Assembly: GCA_910592345.1 (NCBI GenBank)
Contig: CAJVPI010000138.1
Location: 1-50,217, forward strand
Direction of reading: 5' to 3'
Origin: Paraglomus brasilianum
Lineage: Eukaryota
Length of the DNA: 50,217 bases
The translations under genes and the position numbers were made by a program. The notes under the pieces are model-generated. The model did no database searches. It saw only the letters and a program-made list of their open reading frames with translations, and was not told where the DNA came from. Within the stretch, counting starts at the first letter, position 1. Each line of letters starts with the position of its first letter. This document shows, in pieces, positions 1-10,620 of the stretch.

Positions 1-445
1 TTTTAATAAATAATTAATAACTCTCGTTCCTCAATTAAGAGTACTAGATCAACGGAAATTTATACAGCTTAAGTGAGCTGTTTTTACTTGAGTGGCCGTT
101 TTTTAATATCCTGTTAAATAATTAATATTGCAACTATGAAAGAAAGTAAAGTTTTGATTTCAAAGGGAATCGTTTATTTGATATCTTTAATTCCGTGAAG
201 TGGAAAAATAATGTGAACAAACTAAATAACATATACAACATGAGAATTTGACAATGGAATAAGGGCCGCTTATATAACTAGCGATTACCAAAAATTGCAA
301 CAAAAGGTATCAGTAATCGATAACGGATGGTATCGCGTACCACTATTCTAAAATTAATTGTCGATCATGGGATCTGCATGACTGCGAAGGAAGATTTTAC
401 CATGTGACTTACTTATCTGATTCATCAGATCAGCGCGCCGTAACA

Positions 446-865
446 ATATGAAAAAGCAATTGAGTTTTTGAAAATAGGTTGTGGTTGTAGTTGCTCCTCC
501 AAGGTTTCAAAAAAAAGCTTCGTTGAACTAAGAGAAGCCTTTCAAGATCTGAACAAGATATATTTTAATGGCCCAGTTGAAAGAAATAAATGGTGGAGAA
601 ATAACTGGCAGCCGACGCCTTAAAAAGAAAACGCGTACTAATAAGCAAACGTTTACTACTGAGATCGCAATACGTTAACTTTGTCAGAAAACGTATCTCA
701 ATATGTTGGGAATTGATCACACTCATTGGAAAACGTCAGAAACCATCTAGAAGCGAATGGTTATAATGCCGCGTGTTCATGGTAATGTAAAAAAAAAATG
801 CCGGATTGAAAAGCAAAATAACTATTGATACAGCCGTTGCTACCGTCGTGAAAAATTTTCTCAGA
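446..865 (+). mobile_element. Degenerate fragment of an unclassified Cys-rich, transposase-like repeat (copy 1)
   Basis: Frameshifted translation YEKAIEFLKIGCGCSCS...EITGSRRLKKKTRTNKQTFYY*DRN...PRVHGN is clearly homologous at nucleotide level to 32178-32533 and to the inverted piece 33424-33485. Transposase identity is inferred, not proven. Confidence 0.55.
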
Positions 866-879
866 AATTATGTTCAAAG

Positions 880-2060
880 TAGATTTCTGCTTATACGGAT
901 TAAATAAAATTGAATCATGAATTGAAGTTGAATACTGAACCGAAATCATATTATACAGGAAAAACATTTAAACATATTCGTTGAATAAGATAATTTAAAT
1001 GGATTTAAATAGGCAGATTTATGTCCTGAAGAATGGGCTGAATATTGAAATATGCCACAAGTTTGCATCCATGGAACTCCTAGTAAATGGAAAGAACGAT
1101 TTGAGCCCGTTTAACGTATTTCAGAGAAAATGATCTTTGCCCGGATCAGAGTAAAAGATATCTTGAAGCTAGGAAATTAACACGATTTTCGGATGGCGGT
1201 TCATATGTTCCTGAAATCGGAATAGCAATCTGTTTCTCTTGTGATTAGTTAGTATATACTGGACAAAGAAAGAAGAATATAGGAAATTATAATCATATGG
1301 GAATGGAGAAATAAATTAAGCATAAGCATTCTTTCTGCTTCTTATTAAAACTCACTTGCTTGACGAGACTGTTAAAAAAATTATTGAGCTGGATTCGAAA
1401 TATTGCTTTTCTTGGCGCTGTGGTATTCTGAAATTACTCATGCAAGGACATTTGAGATTTCTGCTGCTTCGCAAATAGTCTATAAAAGTTTGTAATGCTC
1501 CGCTAACTGCTTGACAATTAAACCATTGGGATGATACATGAATTCTATCCATTTACGTTGAATGAGGGCACATGCTTCCCGACTTTCTGATCGCGTTTGA
1601 TATCCATAGCTCATAATAGTGCAAGGCACGCATATCGTCAAATGTACGGGTTTATATTTAATTTTCAAAAAGTCTTCATCATTATACTTAAGTTCGCAAT
1701 ATTTATTACCAGTACATGCAAATTCTGATGTTTTTTCCAGTGTATACTAATTCGTTGCAAGATAAACAGATAGCAAGTCCTATTGTAGGAGCGTATGATG
1801 TATCATCTTGAAAGCGTATCCATTAAAATATTTTTTACTCTCGATGGGTAAAAGATCATTTTCTTTGAAATACTGCAAGCGAGACCAAATTCGTTGTTTC
1901 CACTCTCGTGGCATCCAGCAATATTCAACCCATTCTTCGGGAGTGTAAGTTCTATAAATTGGCCAATTTAAATCTATTTCAACAGCTTAGTCGATTATTA
2001 TAAAGATCAATGTACTTAAATGCTTTTAGGTTTTCATGTATACCTGTAACGAAATTCATT
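880..2060. repeat. Two oppositely oriented, decayed copies of one coding-like repeat (~950-1170 on +, ~1480-2030 on -)
   Basis: + strand cctgaagaatgggctgaatattg...gtatttcagagaaaatgatcttt...gagtaaaagatat matches the reverse complement of 1830-1980 (cccgaagaatgggttgaatattg...gtatttcaaagaaaatgatcttt...gagtaaaaaatat). Stops and frameshifts throughout. Confidence 0.55.
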
Positions 2061-2914
2061 TACCTTCTTTTTTTCGTATACTACTAATCGTATAAATATA
2101 GTTATACTGGTCATGGGACTGCCCTTAGACGATAGGTACCTTCGAAAAGGAGAATTTATGTAGTTAAGCCTAAAATACGTCTAAGGTTTGATACTTCATT
2201 AAATTTACAAAAAGCGATAGAGTTATGGCAAAAGAAAAAAATTGAGACGTAAACCAACTGATAATGTGAAGCATTGAGTTTATTGATGCAGAAATAAACC
2301 TTTATCAACATGGTAATTTTTTTCCGTTACTAAAAATGTATACATAACGATATAAGAAAATTTTATCCTAAGATTATTTACGTTTCAATGTATTTCTCTG
2401 TTCCAGCCTTCTTATTAGCCGGTGAATCAGATGAATCATCTACAATAACTCGATCCTTCAACAACCCCACAATTACTTCCATGACTTTTTCACATGACGT
2501 CGAAGTTCTGTATCATCTTCTAAAATATCATCACTAAGTGGGACGATAATGTTTTCATTATGAAGTGCCATCCCATAGCTAAGATTGAGGGTATAAGTAT
2601 AACTTTTTATCCATATCATACTTTGCGAAGTAATCTCACCTTCGTAACTTACCGGTACTAACAATACCATATAGGTAGTCAAATTCACCACTAAAAGCTT
2701 TAGATGCTTTACGTTTTCTCATGTTTGCATGGTATCCGTTATCGAGTTGCATAATATTTTGCATATATCCCTTGTACAAATCACTTTATTTTCCTTCAGT
2801 AATGCAAATAAGTTCATCATATTTGGCATTGGGAACATTTTTTTGATAACATAGTCAACGCGACCCGTTGCTTCTTCACCCATGACTTCTAATTTGGGTT
2901 TTAGGATGATTGTT

Positions 2915-3279
2915 TCATTGGTGATTCTTTTTGCTATAAAAATGCTCGCATGTAGAATTGTAGAAATGTACTACTTTCTTCACATAATCTCTGACCTTCT
3001 TGATGACATTAGTTTCAAGTTGCATCCCATGTTTTACTGCAATATTTAGAATGTGCGCTGCACACCGATAATGTTTATATTCGTTATTTCCTGCCGACGC
3101 AAGTACTGATTGTAACTCATGCCCTGCGACTAACATGCTTGTGTCATTATCTGTTGTTAGCCCAAGTATTTTTACAAAGTTTGTCAAACTGAAGGAAGTA
3201 CGAATATCTATGGCTTAACAATGAATGGAATCGGGTGCATGCAATGTTAAAACTTCTTGAACCCATGTATCAAGCGACG
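2915..3279. mobile_element. hAT-superfamily transposase remnants
   Basis: Minus strand 2915-3187 gives LGLTTDNDTSM...HYRCAAHILNIAVK (hAT TDN and CxxH motifs). Plus strand 3196-3279 gives KYEYLWLNNEWNRVHAMLKLLEPMYQAT, typical of the hAT insertion domain. Confidence 0.75.
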
Positions 3280-3982
3280 CATGCGACTCGATTATCTGAT
3301 TCATCAGATCGGCTTGCCGTAGCCTAATGGTTCTATCCCAATTGCAATTGTATTGCTGTAGATAATCACCCTGCTTCTGTAAAGGCCAGTTGGTGGACAT
3401 GAACTTGCTTCCTTGAGCATTGCTTCTCCCAATTTTTTGCTTTCCTTTTGTTGAGCTGAAATCCCTGTTTAATATTCTTCAAGTCTTCTGAGAAACATCA
3501 GACAAGCCAAGAGGTCATCTGTGCCCGATGTAAATGGGTCCAGCGAGCGCTGGATTGGACTAAGAGTCAGACTGTCCCATCACTGGTTTTGTGGGTCAAC
3601 TAAAATTATTTTCTTCGACGTGGTGATTTTCAAAGCGCATCGTCGCGTGTGTTTTATTCTTTCGTGTATTTATATGTGTTTGTGTGGGTCCTTACATGAA
3701 GCGTAGTATCATTAAGAATATACGATTTGGGAAAGCACAAGTGGTCCTTATAAAAAGGCCCTTATAACTGTATTCTCTGCGCGTCATCACTTATTGTGCA
3801 TGTGCCTGGAACCAATCACACAAGACTATTTGTCACATGATAAGTCAATTATCGGCTCGCGTGGTTTCTAAAGCGAGTAGTAAACATTTCTTGCGTTAAA
3901 TGTACAGTATTGAAAGGAAAAAGAAGAAATTATTCCTCTAACTTGTGCTCTTTTATATATTAACCGATTTGGTTCTTCTCAC

Positions 3983-5614
3983 ATGGAGACTGAAAGGAGA
4001 GGAGAATACGAGAATCATAATATTGCATCGTTCGAGACAATCAGACAATTGGTCAAATCGCAGAGAATTATTCGGGATAGATTGAGGAAATATGACGGAG
4101 AACCACACGTTGAGAGAATTAGGGTGGGGAGTAGAGAGCACAAGACATTTGAAGACACGAATAGACAGCTGTTTCCTATAGAGGATCCCGAAAGTCCATT
4201 TATCGAAAACAATATGTGTACTCCGACAGCCAAAGATGCGCGTAAAGAAATGTTTTTATCGACGTATCCCCGGACGTTGCCATCCTTGGCAATGATATCA
4301 TCGAATTCCTCCTCGTCCAAGAGCACACCGTTGGGTTTACCAATAACGACCAAGTCACTGTCACAACAACGCATGTCTCCACAGGTACAACCACATAATT
4401 CACTAGCGTCGCTGCCGAAATCTTCATCATATCCCCATAATTCCCTAGTATCGATGCCAAAATCTTCATCACATGCCCATAATTCATTTGCATCGTTGCC
4501 AAAATCTTCATCACCGTTCCCTGAATCAACATCATTAGCTAAAACTACTTTAACACACCACGTAAAGTCATCTCGCTTACGAACAACTCCATCAATCGTC
4601 AAAAGCAATTCTACGGCTTCCCAGCAATCTCTCTTATTTGCAAATCTGCGTGCTCAACGACAATCGCCTTTTCCGCCTCATGAGCGAGTTCAAAATTGGC
4701 TTGCTTGTCTTCCTCAAACGTTCCTGGCTCCCGACACAGAGTCTGAAGCTGATGATGTCTCACTAGATGACATACCGTCGGAAGGATATTCAGGTTCCTC
4801 AGAAGCTTCACAGAATGAAGTTCATACTGGGAATGCGCGAACATTAAGTGATCTTCTTGCCCGCATCCGAGCAAGGAATACAGCCATCGATCAAGAAGCT
4901 GGCTCGACAGACCAGCGTCATCAACAGGATTTAGATATCGTCCACAATGCTGTCAACGATTTAATACAAAAACGATCAGATTTTGATGTGCGAGAAGAGA
5001 CATTGAACAAAAAGCAGAAGAAAGTCGAAGACCTTCTTAGATCTGTTTCTGGAAAGGGCAAGTCTAAAGATAAATTTTCTATAATATGTCAGTCAGCTGA
5101 TAAGCCTGCTTTATCACAACCAAAAAGTATCGATTCGCTATCTAGTGAGTTAGCTGCAGCTTTAGAGGCATTACAAAACGTCGAGAAGTTTCTGTCTAAT
5201 AAAGAGAAAAGGTTGAACGAGACGTGGGATCTTGCAAAGAAAATGCTCAACAGGCGGTCAGACATGGTTGCTTGGGAGGAAAGGTTGAGGAAAAACCAAG
5301 AAATTGTTAATAAGATGATTGAAAGAAAGAAGACCGATGAGAACAATACGGTTGCCGGCAATGATGGCGATGACTGTGAGGATGACGCGACAAAGGGAAA
5401 AGACGCATGTGACTGTATGCCAAATCCCAGATTCACAAAAAACGCTAGTAATGGGCTTTCACCACCATCTGTCCCCTCATCTTCTGCTTCGTCTTCCTCT
5501 TCTTTCAATAAAATGACAGTCAAACTTTATGACACCAGTTCAGATAACAATAGTGTGTCATCCTCTCAGTCAGACTCTTCTCCATATCATTCGGCTCAAG
5601 AAAATTTTATTTAA
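3983..5614 (+). CDS. Uncharacterised 543-aa Ser-rich protein with predicted coiled-coil C-terminal half
   Basis: Long uninterrupted ATG-initiated ORF with coding-like composition and no recognisable domain. Confidence 0.75.
   Translation: METERRGEYENHNIASFETIRQLVKSQRIIRDRLRKYDGEPHVERIRVGSREHKTFEDTNRQLFPIEDPESPFIENNMCTPTAKDARKEMFLSTYPRTLPSLAMISSNSSSSKSTPLGLPITTKSLSQQRMSPQVQPHNSLASLPKSSSYPHNSLVSMPKSSSHAHNSFASLPKSSSPFPESTSLAKTTLTHHVKSSRLRTTPSIVKSNSTASQQSLLFANLRAQRQSPFPPHERVQNWLACLPQTFLAPDTESEADDVSLDDIPSEGYSGSSEASQNEVHTGNARTLSDLLARIRARNTAIDQEAGSTDQRHQQDLDIVHNAVNDLIQKRSDFDVREETLNKKQKKVEDLLRSVSGKGKSKDKFSIICQSADKPALSQPKSIDSLSSELAAALEALQNVEKFLSNKEKRLNETWDLAKKMLNRRSDMVAWEERLRKNQEIVNKMIERKKTDENNTVAGNDGDDCEDDATKGKDACDCMPNPRFTKNASNGLSPPSVPSSSASSSSSFNKMTVKLYDTSSDNNSVSSSQSDSSPYHSAQENFI
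4391..4516 (+). repeat. 3 x 42-bp in-frame tandem repeat
   Basis: PHNSLASLPKSSSY / PHNSLVSMPKSSSH / AHNSFASLPKSSSP. Confidence 0.85.
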
Positions 5615-7138
5615 TAATGCAGAGATATCAAAACACGTAAATCGAATGGTAAAAGGGAGAGAAACAGTAATTGTCTTCTACTAACATGTGATCAATTAGA
5701 TGGCGACATAAGGCATGGAATTGGGCGGGTTGGACTATTGGGCACTGAATGAGACTAGTTAGATTAGCATAGCAACGGGAATATCGCCACGACACGGTTG
5801 TAAATAGAATCGCTTGATGGTGAAAAAGGACATTAATCCAGGCTATAATACATATAATTGAATGTAATAATAATAAAAAAAATTTGTCATGCGTTTGTTA
5901 TGTGGAAAACGGAAGCGTCATGTATGAAAGAATGCACTACATTCTTGGATCTGCAAAACATCTATTCAGACATGATCGTGCGCAAGACATTTTCTGTTGG
6001 AGACCAACATATGCACCATGACGTTATTACGTCCACGAAAGGCTCATTTAATCACAAAGCAGTGGCTGCAACATTATTTTGACAAGCACTTTTTTGCGAT
6101 TCTCGATAATCATTCAACGTTTATGTTATGCGCACTGCTCCTCCATCTTTTTTTGGTTAGTTTATTTATTTTTCTTATCGAAACGCCAAAATCTGTTAAC
6201 CCTGCGCTTTGACATAATAATGATGATGGTGATAATAAAATCTCGCATAGCATACTCCTTTTTTGCATTAGATACACTCTTTTTCTATTTTACTTTCCCT
6301 CTCCATCTTTTCTTTTGTTGTTGCTTACTATAACGTGGGAATTCCTTGTATAAATGATCAGATGACTTTGTGTCTCTGTTATACACCCTGACAATTTCCC
6401 TTTTTGTATACAGGTTTCCTACATATCGATTAACAAGATAAGTAGCAATCGGCATTATCACAAGCAATTAATCGTAACAAATAATATGAATGGACACTAT
6501 ATTGATATGCAGTGTTACGCGAGAGCTGTGAATGTTTCTTTCATCGCTTCAATGCCCCGTGTGTCGATATCGAGCTTATCGTCGCGTGGGTATTTATTAT
6601 CTAGCTCTTAACTCTATTGCTTATGGCGACAGAGCATTATACATATAAATGGAAGGGAAAGAGGAGATATTATTCGCCAGGAGCGAAACAAGGTCATTTT
6701 GAACGAACCTTGTTCCCTTATTGACAAATGCGAGCAGATAAAGAAGCCTTTTGCTTAATCTAATTATATTTAAGTGTTGTTTGCTCCAATGATTGACGAT
6801 TGTCAGCCTGAATTTGAAGGATAATCTTCATGGAAAGCCGTACAATATATATATATGTACATGTTTATGTGTATTCTATGTATGACAGGTGGCTGTAGCG
6901 TGTTTCATCGTTTAATCGTGCGATGATTAAATAAAGTTATAATACAAATAAATATGCATATTATCTTTCCACTGTTGTAACCCTATAGGGAAATTATATA
7001 AGCAAATACCCTGAGAGGTTCGGTCACAATTGACGGGGAAGCATATAGACGACCCCTATCGCACATACATACACCCCCCTTCTTTCGTTTCTCTATTCGA
7101 TCTCCCTTCCTGCCGCGATAGTGAATTTATCACCCATA

Positions 7139-9289
7139 ATGGCTGCCGTCGAAATTGAACAACCGTCTTCCCCAACAAACGTTCTCACGCTTGAAACTAC
7201 GCTACCTAAAACGGATACCGACAACCAGTCGTTCTCATCGACCTCGACTGACCGCAAAACATCCTCGTCAACATCAGCATCGAGCAACAAGGACCCAACC
7301 AAACGCATCCGCTACAGTGTCCGCACTCCTCAGACCATGACTCTATCCCCAACAGAGACCGATGACTCTCAATCGAAAAAAGCGAAACGTCGGAGTTTCA
7401 GTTTCTTCAAAAATAACGCTAAAGGCGAAAAGAAAAAGGACTTGTCCGAGAAGCTTAACCGATCATCCGACAAACGTAGACTGGCCAAAAGTCAAACCGC
7501 CGAGAAAAGAATCAAACGTCGTAGTTTTATGGACATATTTCATAGCTCATCCGAGTCCGAGATCGAGTCCGACGTAAGCAAGCACACTCGGAGTCGAAGT
7601 CTAAGCTTGGGCAAACCGCCTTCGTTCAACAACGACGACCTTGACCAGAATCTCTTGAGTCCACTTCCAGATTCAAAGTCTAAACGGCGCAGTCTAAACA
7701 TCTCAGAGTCATACCCGGATGAGGATCGAACACGCAACAATCGTACAAAGAACAGATTATCTTTGAACTTGGATTTGTTCACGTCTAAAAGTTCGACGCG
7801 AGGAATTCCCGGTGAAACATCTACCTCCATCGGAATTCCGTCTTTTCTTGCCAATAGTCTCTCGATTATTTCAGCTCCTACTTCGCCGGCTACCGAGAGA
7901 CCAAAGGGCATTCTAAAGAGGTCTTTGAGTCAAGGACAAAAAATTTATAAAAGTGTTGAGAATGCAGTCAAAAGCAATGGTTACAAGAATGAACTGGGTG
8001 GTAGCGAGGTAAATACCCCGGCTACGTCATTTGCGGAAGCGGATGTTGAAGAAGATAATGATTTCGCTTACGAAGGTCTGGGTAAAGGAGAAACCGAAGG
8101 AGAAAATAAAGATAGAAAAAACGTCATAGAAAACAAAAATGAACGCCAAAAACAAAAAGAATTCGATTCATCGAAACTAGACTATCCCAACTTATTATCA
8201 CCTCCTCTCTCGCCATCTTTACCTCCGCCGCCACCAACGACGCCAACGCCCCTACCACTAACGTCTTCCCTTAATACCACACCCATTGTTAACTTCACTG
8301 ACGTGTTTGTGGAATCACCTGTAGATAGAGAACATGTGTATAGAAGCGATGATAGTAAGATGACGAATTATGAAAAATCATTGAGGAATAAGGTGAGAAT
8401 AATGGAAAGTGTGTGATAAAACGAGGAATTTACGACGATTGGAGATATTGGGTTATAAACTGGGCAATGTGCTTTACTCAACAACGCATGTATGTGTACC
8501 AACGCATATTTGCTCCTTTCTGTATATAACAGGTTTCGGAAACCCCCGACACTCTATTCCAGCCCCAACGTACCGAACAACTATCACAACACTCTTCTTA
8601 TGAAGCTCTGTTGATTCGGCAACTTAATCTTACCGAAAGAATGGAAGAAACTTTGCGTCGATGGGAAAATAAATTTGGCGACGAGACGGATAAGCAAGAA
8701 GATAGAGAGACTGTAGTCTCGGAAAGTAAAGAAGACGAACAGCGCAAGGATGACACTCAGGCAGATCAGTTAGCGCTTACAACTGAAAAGGTCAAAAATT
8801 TGGAAGCGAAACTCAGCGAGCAGAAAGCAGAATTGGATGTATTGAGAGAGGTTGTTCTTGATTTGTGCGTGTCTTTGGGATTGGAGAGTATATTGATGAA
8901 TATGTGTTTTTCTTTTTTGCTTGTGTATGATTTGCAATATTATGAAATTCACTGACTTTATTTTTTACTTTCTAATATCGTTTATTTTCAAATTCTCGAT
9001 TATGACGACCAGGCGATCAAACCAACAGCTTTTAATTACGGGCGACCTATCTTCGTACGATCCTTCGAATTTATCTCTAATTCACTCTCGCTTAACAAGC
9101 TCTTTTCCCCATCTGAAGTCATCTCAATCTACGACGAGCATCCTAGTAAATTCATTGGTGGTTAGGCCAGTTGCAGCGACGTATAATATCGCTAGCTCAG
9201 TGATACAAACGCTATATATTCGGCCTTTTGTTAAAATCGTGAAGGTCGTCTGGCACAAAGAATCTTCTGGAGAGGCAATACAAATCTGA
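7139..9289 (+). CDS. Uncharacterised ~620-aa Ser/basic-rich protein with Pro-rich segment and C-terminal coiled coil; predicted exons 7139-8392, 8533-8864, 9013-9289
   Basis: Three ORF-track pieces join in frame through GT-AG introns (AAG|GTGAGA...ACAG|GTT; TT|GTGCGT...CCAG|G). Confidence 0.7.
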
Positions 9290-9401
9290 TTCTCGAGATG
9301 ATCGGTGCGAATCTGCGTTGACCAGGCTGATGGTCACTGTGATTACTGATGATCGCTGATGGATTATGTTGAAGATTTTAATGTTTATTGAGATGATGTT
9401 C

Positions 9402-9441
9402 ATTGAGATGATGATGATGACGATGATGAAATGATGATGAT
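9402..9441 (+). repeat. (GAT)n microsatellite
   Basis: gatgatgatgatgacgatgatgaaatgatgatgat. Confidence 0.7.
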
Positions 9442-9958
9442 TTCTGGTGAAGTAGATATGGGCACCTTATTCTCTGCCCGCATGAAGATAAAAAACGGTT
9501 CGTTTATGTATAATAATATGCATTATTATTTTCTAAGTGTAATAATTGAACAATCTGGGTATAATTTGGTGGGAATGTATGAAGAAATTCATCGGTCAAT
9601 AAAAGGACAAGAAAAAAAAAGTTTATAAATTTGTCTACCTATCTACTCTAACGTATAAGAGGAATGCATGTTTATCTATTTGAACACCAATCACCGTCAA
9701 AGAGATGTGTTCAATCAATTATCTTGCAGTGTGTTGATCTAAAAATATCTCTCATAGAAGAGATTTTGCCAAAAGACTTAAATTCATGTACTATAATCAT
9801 GGCTCCTCTCTCCCCAGTTCACAGTTACCCATCAATGCTGTTTCCCTCAGTTAACATCACGAAACCTGCGCAACATTTATTTGTAATAAAGACGACAAAA
9901 TAAGAGTAATAATGGTCGTAGTAATAATAATAATCATAATAACATCCGTCGTACGGGA

Positions 9959-9984
9959 AAAACAAACAAACAAACAAACAAACA
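9959..9984 (+). repeat. (AAAC)n microsatellite
   Basis: About six tandem AAAC units. Confidence 0.8.
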
Positions 9985-10053
9985 GAAATCGGTGCACATC
10001 CACCCTTTACTAAACTTTATGTCATCATTTTCTGAATCAGCATGTAATTGCTT

Positions 10054-10620
10054 TTATTCATCCTCAGACGAAATGATATACTTCATCTGCGCCTTAGTAA
10101 TCTCCCACAAATCGCTTCCGCCATACCACAATGTGTTCAAAATCCACTCGGCAGCTATGCCAACAGCTCTTACCAAGGCAACGATACAAACAACGGCCAA
10201 TAATACACCAAAACCGATACCCGAAAGTAGTCCAATACCGCTGCCAAGAAACGACAGCGCAATCGGCGCGCCAATTCCAGCAAACATGGCCAACATACCG
10301 AATATGACCGGACCGATAAAAATAGCTGCGAAAGCCGCGGTGATTAAGACGCACAGGTAGAAATAGTGCCACACTTTATGATGTTCACGAAGTTCATTTG
10401 GATTGACCATATAATAGAGTATGGTTTTTCCTTGATTGGCAGAATAGGCGTCGGCGCGTTGGACAATACGAAGGCTCTCGCGAAGTCGATCAGGAGAGTC
10501 TAAAGCTGGGGAATTCTTGCGTATGGATTCGAGCGTAGATTTGGTCGAGTTGTTATCGGGTAGGAATTTTGTTGCTGTGGTTGAGGATTTGGTCTCGGTT
10601 ATTGATTCTTGAGACGACAT
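10054..10620 (-). CDS. 188-aa membrane protein with a long uncharged hydrophobic hairpin (promethin/LDAF1- or oleosin-like, tentative)
   Basis: ATG at 10620 (MSSQESITETK...). About 60 consecutive uncharged residues rich in Gly/Ala with internal prolines (AAIFIGPVIFGMLAMFAGIGAPIALSFLG...). Confidence 0.7.
   Translation of the reverse strand: MSSQESITETKSSTTATKFLPDNNSTKSTLESIRKNSPALDSPDRLRESLRIVQRADAYSANQGKTILYYMVNPNELREHHKVWHYFYLCVLITAAFAAIFIGPVIFGMLAMFAGIGAPIALSFLGSGIGLLSGIGFGVLLAVVCIVALVRAVGIAAEWILNTLWYGGSDLWEITKAQMKYIISSEDE

Noticed and set aside
4015..5523. Antisense ORFs of 197, 111, 87 and 144 aa
   Set aside because: Shadows of the 543-aa plus-strand CDS with no independent motifs.
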